From the NCBI RefSeq assembly GCF_018977255.1, contig NW_024704743.1, positions 38,132,001 through 38,196,000 on the forward strand: a stretch of DNA of 64,000 nucleotides. Reading direction: 5' to 3'. Positions within the stretch are counted from its first letter, which is position 1. Every line of letters starts with the position of its first letter. The position numbers and the translations under genes are program-made. Shown in pieces: positions 25,673-38,612 of this stretch. The notes under the pieces were generated by a model. That model was given only the letters and a program-made list of their open reading frames with translations. It ran no database searches and was not told the origin of the DNA. Source of the DNA: Callorhinchus milii (lineage: Eukaryota).

Positions 25673-27627
25673 ACTGCTTGTCTGACTACAAAAACACAGC
25701 CACTACACTTTGCAGTGAAGTGCTTTGAGATGTATCGATGACGTGATAAGGTGCTATATCAAATGCAAGGACCTTTTATTCTGTTTTATTCACAATACCC
25801 TTTCAAAGGCAGCTGTTGTTTATATATTCTCAATTGGAGGCTGTTTAGTCAAATGCCAGAACCTACTTAATCTCTTCCCTCCCCCCACCCTCTTTCCCCT
25901 GTGCATAGAGATGTTTGGATTATTGTGGTCTGGATAAATCATGGTTTGTGCTCCATAGTTTATGGATAACATACGAGTACAGTCAACACTAATCTTATGA
26001 CCTTCATTCGTTCAATCATAGAGCCAGTAACTGGGGTCGTCAGATTCACATGGAATGGCATACTTTGTAAAGGAAAGCACTTGTGAGAGGTATTGATCTG
26101 TGCTAGAAAAAAAATCAATATCTTTATTAAAAAAGAATTGCAGTTCCTGTGATTTGTTGGGAGACTATTGAACAGAATATCCTTGTTTCTGGACAGAGCA
26201 GTTTCTCCGGTTTTTACTAGTTATTGATGGAACAGAGGGTAATATATAGGTGTTGATGAGATGTGGGTCACATTGAAGAAGTACTGATGTGATTGCGTGT
26301 CTCCTATCTGAGCGGAATGCCTTGTAAAACCTCAGCTACTGTTTTGCTTAGACCCACAAAATAATGCATGGGTCACTGATGAAGCAAATGTCCAGTGTGA
26401 AACAGGATCATATAGTTTTTGAGGGTCCTATGATTGATCTTGGTCTTTGGTGAGTGAGCAGTTGTCAGTCAGATCAGTTCAGGGCACGACAACTGGGCGA
26501 GGGAAGGAAATATCAGTATCCAATCACCCTAATTGGAGAGTGTGCATGTGTGGATAAGGGTATATTATTTGTGAAAATGCCTTGCTCCTGCTTTCCTGGT
26601 TTAAATGAAATTTAATGGAGATGTGCACGTCATATAATGCAGCTGGGAAAGATCCATTCAAGCAAAAAATATTTCAGGTCCCTATCCAGCTGCCTTTTAT
26701 TGAAGTTGAGTGTGGAACAGCATTCATATAAACCCGAGTGCTGACCTAATGTGGGAATATACCTAATTACTAATGCCAGCTGGAGCAATGGGGACTTCCT
26801 GGAGGAATTGCTTTGGATTAAACGTTCTTCCATCTCTATTCCTCGTCTTCGTCTGAGAATTGTTTGCTTCCCAGTGAAGAGTGACATGTCAGGATCACGG
26901 TTACAGACTGTGTTGCAGTGAATCAAATACACAAGTGTGTGATGCTTTTAAAAATAGTTCCTTTTAACCTTCCATTTGCTCATTGTGGTGTAAATAAGAG
27001 AATGGGTCTCTGTGGGATAGAGCATTTATATGACCTTCTGCTTGCGCCTGTTGCTTTTTGTCTGTTCGTTGTTTCACACCAAGATCATGAAGTTCTTAAG
27101 TGATGGCATTTTTGGCAGGGATCTCATGATATGTTGATGTTGCAGGCTCTCCAGACTGGGGCTATAATTTAGCTGTGATAAAATAACCGGAGGGTAGTAC
27201 CCTTGCATCTGGAGGCTCCAAGATCTACCAGTTCTATAGGCAACCAAATTTTCTAGACATCAGCAGTTTGAGTGACCCAGCCCATCTGTAAGGCTGCTGA
27301 AACTTGCATAAGCTGTCTCCAGTCATTGGTGGAAATTGATGCAGGTTTTATTGGGTTTTCCAATTTTCTTCAAAATTAGAAAAATGAATTCCAATCCGAT
27401 GCACGACATGTAGGAAGTGATGTTCTTGACAACCTTACAACTTGGAAGTCAGTCACTTTGCAGTTCAAGAAATTGCGGAAATTGTAAAAATGTCCTTTGA
27501 TCTTTTTTCTTATTTAGCTTATGGCGGACTTAAAAGAACTTTTAACGCCCAGCGCTCCTGGCCAGTTTATCACTTGGAGACTCTTAGTAACATGACTCTA
27601 ACTGTATAATGCATTTATTTCATTTTA

Positions 27628-28310
27628 AGAACATAGAACATAAGAATTAGTAGCAGGAGTAGGCCATTCGGCCCCTCGAGCCTGCCCTGCCATTCAATAA
27701 GATCATGGCTGGTCTATTCTAACTCCACCTACCCGCCTTATCCCCATATCCCTTAATCCCTTTATCCACAAGAAATCTATCAATCTCAGTCTTGAATATG
27801 TTCAAGGACTGAGCATCTACAGCCCTTTGGGTTAGAGAATTCCATAAATTCACTACCCTCTGAGTGAAGAAGTTTTTCCTCAACTCAGTGCGAAAGGGCT
27901 TACCCCAAATTTTAAGACTGTGACCCCTGGTTATAGTTTCTCCAACCGGGGAAAAAGTCTCCCACTATCTATTCTGTCGTGCCCCTTAATAATCTTATAG
28001 GTTTCTATAAGATCACCTCTCATTCTTCTATATTCCAGAGAATATAGGCCTAAATTGCTCAACCTATCCTCATAACTCATCCCTGGTACCAACCCAATGA
28101 ATCTACGTTGTACCCCCTCCAAGGCGAGTGCATCCTTACTTAAATAAGGAGATGAAAACTGCACACAATACTCTAGGTGTAGTCTCACCAGAGCTTTATA
28201 CAGTTGCAGCAAGACTTCCCTACTCTGAAATTCTAACCCTTTTGTAACAAATGCCAACATACCGTTAGCCTTCCTAATTGCTTGCTGTACCTGCAAACTA
28301 ACTAACTGCA
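27628..28310 (-). mobile_element. CR1 LINE 3' fragment (end of ORF2 plus 3' UTR)
   Basis: ORF 27931..28311 has the CR1 motifs LYKALVR.HLEYCVQF and RRMRGDLIETYKI. The 3' end reads ggccgaatggcctactcctgct...ttcttatgttctatgttct on the minus strand. Confidence 0.93.
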
Positions 28311-29322
28311 AACTAAATATTCACTCATTACACCTTTTGGATCTCAAATGCACAGTAACATCAATTACATTCATACAAGTACTTCTGCCCAGACCCAGCC
28401 ACAAGATTTTGCTGGCCAGTTGCCGGGACCAACACACGAGATATTATGAAACTGTAGTTGTAAATTACTGGCAGCAGGTTACCCCACAAAGCTGGCAATA
28501 CCAGCTGAAAATGCTGAAATGCAACCTGATCCTCAGACATTTTTAGTTACTGGACATTTTAGCTCACAGATGTTTTCTAAAGGACTTTTCCTGATATACG
28601 AGCCAGGCAAGATGACGACATTGCGTGCCCACCGGGATCACCATGTGTGCCAAGTTTACAAATGCCCCAGGTGTTTTTGCAACCCAGCACCATTAATAGC
28701 AGTGTGGTGCTTGGAATTGCTCATTCCTAGAGTGCTGATGAGGGGGGACGCAGAATCTTTTGGGGAGCCTCCAAACAAAGTGAACAAAACAAAAATACAA
28801 GGTGCTAATTGACTGGATGGTGTGTATATTGTGGCATGATTAACAGCAGTCAGGCCTAGTTTGGAGTATCTTGTCAATAAGCTCTAACATAAGTTTGTAT
28901 CAAATGTAAATGTGTTCAAAATCAAGAGGCAAATTATTGATGGAAAAGTACAATTATCTTGCTGAGTGGTTGGTAAGAATGTAACGAGAGAGACATCATT
29001 TATAATGTGTCCAGGCTTCCATGGAGTGCCATGCTTAAAGGGTCCTCAGTTTCCGAGTACATTTTCCCTTTGTAGTGTTAATTTCCATTTTGTAGTTGTC
29101 ACCGTATTTGAAGATGAAACACTGCTGAGTTCTGTTTTTATACACCGTGCTGAATAATCTCTTTGCTCACATTACTATTGGAGGGTGAGAAGGAATTGAG
29201 GAAGATTGGTGATGGTGAATCACCTTGCCTTTGTGGTGGCTGATTTCTCAATATGCTGCCACCTAAACATCTACCTTTACAAAATACAGTGGGTTGCTTG
29301 ACAGCACTGAAGAGTTAATTTC

Positions 29323-29692
29323 ATAATAATAATCCTTGCATTTGATATGGAGCTTTATCACATCTTTGAGACGTCTCAAAGCGCTTCACAGAATATACTG
29401 TAAAGTGAATTGACTTGTATATTTTGTGGGCAAAATGCGGCAGCCAATTACACATAATAGTGTCCCACAAACAGTTGTGGATTGAGTGACCAAATGATTA
29501 TTTTTTTAAGGCATTATTACCCTCGGAAAAGCGATCCACCAATTGAATAACAACCAGGTTCCTACTTGCTACTAGGTGAACAGAGGTGTGTGGAGCAAGG
29601 AAACTCGCATAACGTTTCACCCCACCCGGGAATCGAACCCAGGTCCTCTCGCTTGTGAGATGAGTTCTCTAACTACTGAGCTACAGGACTCC
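29323..29692 (-). mobile_element. Full-length tRNA-derived SINE (long form with extra internal segment)
   Basis: Contains the segment ggaaaagcgatccaccaat...ggttcctacttgctactaggtgaacagagg, which is absent from the short-form copies. Confidence 0.92.
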
Positions 29693-30119
29693 ACAATATG
29701 ACTTTAATGTCCTCAGACAATGCATCTATCAGCTGTTCTGTCAGCTCAGAAGATGATAGACAGGCGGTTTGGCTGCTTTCTTATGATTCCACATCCTGGA
29801 ATGGATAACTGCCTCTCTGTTTGTAATCTACCATTCTTGCACGTTGCAGCAGAATCCTTCATGGGCAATGTGCTAATTGCTTCACATCTGACTAAAAATG
29901 CTTCTTGGTTCTATAGTATGGAATGGAGATTGTTTTGTTGAGAAGCCAGGAAAAGGTTCATTTCCAAGCAGCTAGGTTTCAGCAGGCTTGAGATCACCAT
30001 TCACAAGCTGCATGTTTGCCTTTGATAATGGTGTGCTTGGTTTAACCAGGCGAAGTATCGACTGCTTCAGTGTTAGGGTTGTAAAGTGCTTTGACCAACT
30101 GGGACTCCTTGAAGCTTAA

Positions 30120-30667
30120 CTGGCTCCAAGGTGACATGTTTGGCAATAGAATGTCGGAATTGAGCCAACCCTTTGTGGCGGTCTTGTTAGTCCAGGATCA
30201 TGAGCCAGGCCTGCCCGCCATTCTCCAGGGCACTACCAGCCTGGCTCATCGGCAGGACTAGGAAGGGCAGACGAGTTCCTTGGGATAGGGACTCTTTGCA
30301 CTTAGCTCCTTGTTAACTCTCCAAGCCAAAGCCTTAACAGGGTGGTCCTAGCTGGACAAGTAGCGGGTTAACTTCCAGTGCGCCCAATGCAAAACTATGC
30401 GGTTTTAGTTGGTTAGGTTCCAGCAGTACCCCAACCCACACTCTGGGGTCCACAAGCCTTGGCTCTTGCCAACCTAGCCTAATACTTTCTGGAATTAGGT
30501 AAGCAGGAGTCATCCCTCCAGGGAGAGAGTGTGCATTCCATTCCAATGATCTATATCTGCAGTTTTCATGTGTAGGTGGGATGCATGAAACTCAGTTTGG
30601 TCTGGACACTCTTAAGCATGGTTGTGGGATTTCTTGTGTGTCATACACCTGGCCGACAAACAAAAAA
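30120..30667 (+). mobile_element. A-tailed dispersed retroposon (same family), colinear copy
   Basis: ccaaggtgacatg...ctcatcggcaggac...gggtggtcc..gctggacaa...cagcagtaccccaac.cacactctggggtcc...aattaggtaagcagga...ggccgacaaacaaaaaa. Confidence 0.82.
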
Positions 30668-30669
30668 TT

Positions 30670-31345
30670 CCCAGTTTTGATTGTAAAACTATGCCCTCTA
30701 GTTCTTAACCCAGGTATCAATTATGCGCAGCGGTGTCCGTCAAACCGTCATGGATTGAGTAATCAATTTATTATTATTATTGGACCATTGGAAATAATCT
30801 TTCCCTCTTCACCCTATCTACGCGTCCCATAATCTGTTCTTCCTCTATCATACTCCTGATCTCCAAAGAAAAAAGTCCTAGTTTATCAATCTTTTCCCAA
30901 TAACTACTTTTCGACATTCCAGGAAACATTCTGATGAATCTTCTCTGTAAAGCCTCCAGTGTCTTAACATCTTTCCTATAGTGAGGAGCCCAAAACTGCA
31001 CACAGTATTCCAACTGTGGCCTGACCATCGTTTTGTACAATTTCAACATGACCTGTTTATCCTCGTACACAATTCTCCTAGTTATAAATTCAAGGCACAA
31101 TTCCCCTAGTTATAAATTCAAGGCCCCATTGGCTTTTTACTGGCCTTATCCACCTGGTCCAATGCCTTCAGTAACTTGTGAATCTGTACTCCTAGATCCC
31201 CCTATTCTCCACTGCTTCACGATCTGCCCCCCTTTAGTTGTTGGTTTTCCAATGTTTTTCCTCTTGAAATGAACAACCTCATACATTTTCATTGAACTCC
31301 ATCTGCCACTTGTCTGCCCATTCAGCCATCCTATCAATATCTACC
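30670..31345 (-). mobile_element. CR1 LINE fragment (with an internal ~29-bp tandem duplication at ~31067-31125)
   Basis: ORF 30777..31100: LYKTMVRPQLEYCVQFWAPHYRKD. Confidence 0.9.
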
Positions 31346-34300
31346 TGTATTTTGTTTTGATCCCCCTGTATTTAATATACCCCCAATTTGTTATTTTTCT
31401 CCACATTTTCTTTCTACCTTCATTTCACTGTCTGTCTTCCTGTTTAGTTTCTCTTTCTTCAGTTCATTTTTATCTCTTGCCTGCCCTCTTCTCATTTCTC
31501 CTTCCTTATTACTTTAAATTGCAGTTAGGTTTTCCTCTCTGACCTGTTTCCACTTTTCCTCTTTTGAAGGCTGTAGCTATTGCACTACATGGGGAATGAT
31601 GGTCGAGGTAGAGGGGTGGAAAAAGAGGGAAGGAAGCTTGAGCAGCAGTCAGTCATTGACAGAGGTGAAAGTATACTGTGAGTCAGAACTCTGCTTGGGT
31701 TGGCCATCAATGGATCTCGTGCTGACAGGTCTGCATTCCAGAAATTGTGAGGATCCTTCTGACAAACAAATTAATTTGGTGGAGATCTGACAAGATTGCC
31801 TCATGTTGGGCAGGTATTCACTGGCTAGGCACTGTGTGTGTTTTTCTTTGACGTGTATGTTCCAGCTGAAACAGGCGGCTCGGGCTCCAGTGTTTGAACT
31901 AAATTGAGTTTTCCCCCAGGAAAAGATGGCCCACTGCTATATAAATACAGAACATGCGTCATGGATTATGTTGAGTGGAATCAAAATGACCTATTTGAGA
32001 TTAGTTTTGTAAAGGAAACCAGGACGAGAATTTCGGGCTTTCAGGTTCTGTTTTCTCTCTCTCGCTTTCTATTTAAACTGTAAAGTCATGCATGATGTGC
32101 TCTCCTGTTTGAATGTTGATACGCTGAGTTATGCTGCATGTATTTGTCTGGTGGGGGCTGTGATTTGTTTTTAAATGACATGCAGGTCATCTTGGGCAAA
32201 GGTGGCACTTTATTATTGCATATCTCATTACCACTTCTGATGCTGTTTCTAAATGATCGATTTTTTGAATGAAAGGTATATGAAGAACTGAGGCTGTGCT
32301 CTTGAGGTTTTGTATCGGAAGTTGCAAAGAAATCTGTGTTAACCGGATAGGATAGAGCGGTTACTCTATCTGCGATGGGCTCCGGGCTGGAAGAAGATGT
32401 TGCGTATTCCTCCACAGCACTCTTGACATCTTTCACGAGAAAGAAAAGCTAGGTTTTGTCACGTCTGAAAGCTGAATAACAAGTAATGTCACACTGACAG
32501 TGTGTCACAACAGAAGCGTTTTGACTGACACTAGATAACACGATAATGCAGAATCACCACTTAGAATGTTATCCACCTGCAATGTTCACAAGGTACTGTA
32601 TATTTTGAGTGCGTAAGGGACCTTTTTTTTAAATAAGCCTAAATTGGCATTTTATGGAATTGGCCACCGAGCCACCCAAGTAACTGTTCTGTATTGTTCT
32701 CCGTACAGCCTAGTTGTCCCTGTGCGAGGTATGCATGTGAGCTTTGTGCCCTTATTTCAAGAACATCAGAGATAGTTGAAATGAGAATGGTTTAAGCACC
32801 AGCCAAAATAATGGAATGACTTTCTTGGGAGGACCTGAACTACATCTGTGACTAAAACCCTATTATTTTGGTGCCAGGTGGTCAAATTAGCTGTATTGTG
32901 AGCGCTCCTACAGCGCTCTATTCTGGTGTAAGCCCCACTTTAAATTGTTTCATGGTGGAACCGACCTCAATACATATCTAGATACATATCTCATAATGGA
33001 CACTGGACAAATCATTGTCTGATTTAGTCACTAAGTTTTGCCATCAAAAACAGTTGCTTTATTTGACAGTAATTATTGTAATGTGCTTTGAGACATTTCA
33101 ACCTTTTAAGGTGCTATAAAATTCTTCTTTCCTGGTGCATGTCAACTGAGAACAAGACTGGAAATATTGTTATTATATTACAAAGATCAGAATTCTGTTT
33201 TATATAAAAAAAACCTGCCTGGAGAATTGGCAGTGTTCCTGAGATGTGGCTCTTGTTTGATGTTTCACAGTAACGAGAAGGGGTAAAGTTTTTACTCTGG
33301 TAAAGTGCCCTGCAAGATCCTTCACTGTCTTTTTGTGGACAGGAATGCCCCATGCTCTGACCGTGATCTGTCATGGATTCGTCTGATGGTTTTGGAGTAA
33401 GGCTTGCTTGGCAACCTAGTTCCCGTTTTGAGGGCATAGGATTTGTTTTAATTTGGTTTAGTGGGAGTGAGTGGGGGAAAACTCCCAAAACTCTGTGGAA
33501 GATAGCAAACATATTTTTCTCATAATTTTTTTTTTGACATTCAGACCATTACATCTAAAACCTCAGGTATTACTGAGGAAGTCACCCAATGATTTTAAAT
33601 CTGCGTAACTACAGCAGATTATATCTAGAAAGACCCCATAGATTGTGGACAGTTCTAATGTCCAACTACAAGTGCTTAAATAACAGCTAATGTTGTGGGA
33701 AGTAGATATTTTTGCAGAATGCAGAACTCGATAGATGTAATTTATGATAACTGCCCTTCACTATTGATTGCCAAAGGATAATAGTAAAGGTCATAGAAAT
33801 GTACAGTAGCTCTAGGCTTGGTCTCATGGTGCATTGGGATCTCTCAATGCCATAATGTCTTAGGATGTGCAGTCAAACCTTAGACCAGACCGACTGTGTC
33901 AATTACTACACAAGGGTCAACATCTTAATATACATTAGCCTAAACTAATAAGAGTTCCAGAATACAAATGTAACGCAATTCTGTTGATCATCATTTAGAA
34001 ATGCTTACTTACAGTACTTCTAACATATATTTCTGGTATTTCCTTAGTGACCTTCTTCCATTTTGCTTAAAGTTTCATGTATTTGTTGCACCTTTGGTCT
34101 TCCAACAATAGATCCATGTGTGATTGAATAGATTGTGAAAATTGAACTAACTGCTGTAGGAGGAGGTGCAAGGCAGCAATGGAGAGTCATTTGGGAATGC
34201 TGTCAATTGGAATGGATCTCAATTTGTGTGAATCTCTAGTTCAGTTCAGATTGACACTTGGGATGAAGTACCACTCACGATTTAAGATGTACAGTAGATA

Positions 34301-36418
34301 TAATTCCCATAGTTCTGAGTCTATGCACAGTGAATATGTGCGCTTCAAGCTGTAATTCAGTACTTAAAAGAGTAAAATGTTTTTATTTACCATTAAGATC
34401 ATAGAAGGCCATTTTGTCCATCAAAGGTGATCTAGTGCATTAACTCTCCCATCGTGGCATTTGATTGTATTAAAATAAATGATTATTCCCAAATTATTAT
34501 CACACATTGTATTAAAATAACCATGGGACGAAAAGGCCTGCTTGCTGACAGCCCAGTTTAAGAGCTTCATTTACATTAACCCCAATATATGAGTGTGTGG
34601 ATGTACACATCTAATATAATCATTAATCTTTGCATTTTAAGAGCTTAATTTAAATTAACCCTGATCTGTGAGTGTTTGAATGTGACAGTGTATTTTTTGC
34701 TGGGAGAGATGTCTCAAAGCTCTTCACAGGATTTATTGTAAGTGTAGTGACCGTATTTTGTCAGCAAATGGGGCAGCGAATTTGCATACAGCAATGTTCC
34801 GCAGCTAGCTATTAAGTAATTAACCCATTTTATCTGACATAGAGCCTTGTCACGTCGGGAATGTGTTTCTGTAAAGCTTAGTTAATGCCTGTGTATCTGT
34901 ATTTTATGTAAGTACATATATATCTGAGTGGACATGCATGGATGTATTCTGCTTGTACGTGTGTATCCTTTCTTGTGTTATTACACTCCATTAATTTTAT
35001 TCTATTCCCCATCACCTCCATCTGCCCCCCGCACCCACCCCTAAACCCCTCAAAGACATTTGGCTCCTTTATCCTTCTATTGGTGTACTGTTTCCTAGGC
35101 AATGTCTGCTGTCTGTTACCTTGCTGAATTGGCCATTTGCCACATGTGAAGTCTATTTGACTGAAGGGATGGAGGGTGGAAAACATCACAACCAAACCAG
35201 CGTGTCCATCTTCTGGCAGGGTCCCTGGACAGCGATGAGGAGCAGGAATACAAGCTGATTTAGTTTTAACCTCTATCTAACCTAGAGATTGAGGCTAATT
35301 GTAAAACTGCTCCCCCGGCAGAGATCCACTAGCTCAGCAATGACCCGGATTCAAGCCTGCGACTTTCTGGTGTATTGGGGATATTTTACTGTTCTAAAGA
35401 GCTGTAGTTGACCGTGTTAACTGCTAAAGTATGGAATTAATAAGTTCTGTTCAGTAAAGGGGAATCCTGATCTAATCCTAGCTTTCTGTTGCAGCAACGC
35501 TCGGTTCCCTAATCCAGCAGAGAAGCTTTTGTGTTCAGTCACTGACCGTTCTAAGGCACTGTGAATAAACAGTCAGTGGTTGTACAGTGACTGTCATCAA
35601 TTCTGTAGGTTCACTTATTTTAAATTGTCCCACAAAAGCCTGTAACTGCAGCTGCTGCAGTAAATGTCATGACTGCAGGTTCCTGCGGCCTTGCAGTCCA
35701 GCTGAATTTAAAAGGATGACGTCAGCCCTGTTTTGTGCCAGGGAAGCTGGCTCAGTAATTGGTAGAGCACATAAAGTATCCAATACATTTATTTATGGTG
35801 CTAGCACTGCCGATATTCAAAATCTAGTCCACTTCACACGCAGAGTCTGCTTCTGAATGGCTGAAACTGGTGCTATTATTGAAACTGATATAACCAATGC
35901 TGAAACTGATGCTATTATTAGGAAACGTCTGGTTAAAATATCACCCTGTGTCAGTATATTAAAAAAATTGATTTCATTCAGCAATGATTTCACTTAAATG
36001 TAACTAGCTAATATCATTCCTTTGCTACTCTAAAATTCTTCCGGGATAAATTGAATGGTTCTGTATGCGAGCGTTTCTCCCTGGGGATCACTGCTGTCAT
36101 GTAGCTGAGTTGGCAGGTAGCTAACCTGTTCTCAGACCTCTGCTAGTGCATCTCTGCAGCAGCTGCTAGGGGCTGCGTGACAATACCTACAAAGGGCTAT
36201 CCTTTTAAATCCTACCCTGGTTCCTCCAGCAAAAGATCAGTTGCGTCTACTTTGCAGCACAGGAGCACAACTGAAATCAAGACGTGAAGGATGCCCATTT
36301 GACATCTATAGCAGTGAGATAGCTAGAGCTCGCTCAAATGAAATTGCCATTGCAAGGTGGATTTTAACCGAGTAGATGCTAAGTCCTCAATGTACAAGCT
36401 ACCAGACTGTGTGAGTGC

Positions 36419-36467
36419 ACCTTGCGTTCTGCAATCTTCTGCCTGTACCTTGCGTTCTGCAATCTTC
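36419..36467 (+). repeat. Perfect 21-bp direct repeat (accttgcgttctgcaatcttc) x2, period 28
   Basis: Copies at 36419-36439 and 36447-36467. Confidence 0.9.
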
Positions 36468-36848
36468 CATTTGAAACTGTGGGTAAGGGATTCAAAGTAG
36501 GTGGAATGGCAGCTTTGAATAATCCTAAAAATAAAAGCAATAAATCAGTAAATAGACCAGAGCAGACCTGGGCTGTGACTTTATGTGCAGCAGGAAGAGC
36601 TCCAGTGCAGGTTGTAACTGCTGGCGAGGCTTGACACTTTAATGGTTTCCGGTTAATGATTGAAATGTTCCAAATATTGCTAAAATTATCGCCAGTGGAA
36701 TACTTGTGCAAGGAATACACAGCCCATTTATACCCCACCTGCCCTGGAGGTGCTCACTATATTGCATTTGGAATCTGATTCTTTCTCTCTCGTCTAATTT
36801 TGTAGTTGGTTCATTCAGAATAAATGGTCGATGTATTCTCTGGCACTA

Positions 36849-37164
36849 TAATAATAAATAATGATAACCCTTGCATTTGATATGGCACTTTTCACGCCTT
36901 CTAGATGTCTCAAAACGCTTCACACAATATACTGTAAAATGAATTGATTGTACGTTTGTGGGCGAAATGCAGCAGTCAGTTGCGCTCAGTAGTGTCCCAC
37001 AAACAGTCGTGGATCGAAGTGCCCAATTTATTATTTATTTTCTTGAGGGATTATTATCAGGTGTGTGGAGTAAGGAAACTTGCCCAAGATTTCATCTGCC
37101 GGCAATCGAACCCAGGTCTCCCGCTTGCAAGGCGAATGCTCTAACCACTGAGCTACAGGACTCC
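36849..37164 (-). mobile_element. Full-length tRNA-derived SINE (short form)
   Basis: Ends ...ctaaccactgagctacaggactcc on the + strand; same body and tail as the other copies. Confidence 0.92.
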
Positions 37165-38512
37165 TACCTCTTGCTCAACACGTAGTCTAATACAAAATGC
37201 CTCTGTAACAATATTTAATAATTCTCTGCAATATGTATATTTGCTGAAAAAGCTACCTGATTACCAAAGGGAAGCCATGACTGAAGTGGTAGGTTTTAAA
37301 TGCTTTTTGAGAGATCAGATTCGGAGGCTATTCATTGATGAGAGGTATGGGCTGCAATTTTTATGGGTAAAAATGACTGTCAATTGCAGCTCATTTCAGA
37401 TTAATTAATGCTAAAATCCATCTCGCAGGTAGACTGAGTCCACGATAGGGCTGCTATAAACAGCAGTTCACAATGGTTTTTCACTTAAGTGTGATTTTGA
37501 TTTAAATTGAAAATTTGAGCTTTCATTTGATCGGGTAATCAGACCAATGTTTCATTTATAGTAATTTTAATATTTCAAAGCACTTCACAAAATATTTTTA
37601 AAAAAATTCACGTGCAGTGTCTCTTTTTGCAACCAAGCACAGCAGCCATTTTGCCCACAGTAAGGTCCCACAAACAGTTGAGAAGTTAACGATCAATATA
37701 TCTGGAAGGGTACTGTGACCACTCATTGGCAGAATAGATAGATAGGTGGATTGGTATGGGCAAAAAGTGAGGAAATAAGATTAAAAAGTAATAAATATCA
37801 CAACAGGCTGAATAATGCACTATATCTTTGTTCCTATTGTGAATGCTGTTGCAAGAATGTGGAAAGAAGTGTATATATATACTAAGTTGATTAGATTTGC
37901 TGACTAGATTCACATGGCATGATTTTAAAGTGTTTTGAAATTTTCCTTTAAAAGAAATTGTTTAGAACTGATGTTTTCCAATCTTGGAACTTGTTCCACT
38001 GAGCAAGTCCTCAGAAAGCATTACTTTTGCAGCATTGTAGAATCACAGGACTGGTTTGATTCAGCTGAGCCCCGGCTTCAGAGAACAAAGACAACAAAGT
38101 GCATTGTTATTTATCTGCTTTCAAACATGCAGCTGGAAGCTCTCTTCCCTTCGGGCAAATATTGTATTAATGTAGCAGAAAATTAGAATGAAGCACCTGC
38201 TTTCTGTTCATCGGTGCAGCTTTTTCTGTATGTCTTTCAAAACACAGTTTCTTTATCCGATTTTTAAGGAATTGGAAAAGTGAAATGTTTATATCATAAA
38301 GTTTGTAATAGTGTGCAACATAGTATTTTATTGAAATAGCTTGAAAACGCGCGCAAATATTCCCACTGTGTGGCTAAGACTGCAATTGGTTATTGGGCTT
38401 CTGTGACTCCGTCAAAACTCTGATAGAGCTGTGAAACCAGGTTCTGTTCTACAAATGGAAATTTAACCCTCTTGAGGCCATAAGATTTTCGCAGCCTTTG
38501 GCTATTTGCTAA

Positions 38513-38612
38513 CAATAACCCTTGCATTTGATATAATGCCTTATCACGTCTTTGAGACGTCTCAAAGTGCTTCACAGTGTTAAGTGGAGTGACTGGGTAT
38601 TTTGTGGGCGAA
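38513..38612 (-). mobile_element. SINE 3' tail fragment
   Basis: cttgcatttgatataatgccttatcacgtctttgagacgtctcaaagtgcttcacag. Confidence 0.8.

Noticed and set aside
36419..36467. Direct repeat pair resembling repeat-spacer-repeat
   Set aside because: Only two units with a 7-bp spacer in a vertebrate intron; a simple local duplication, not CRISPR.
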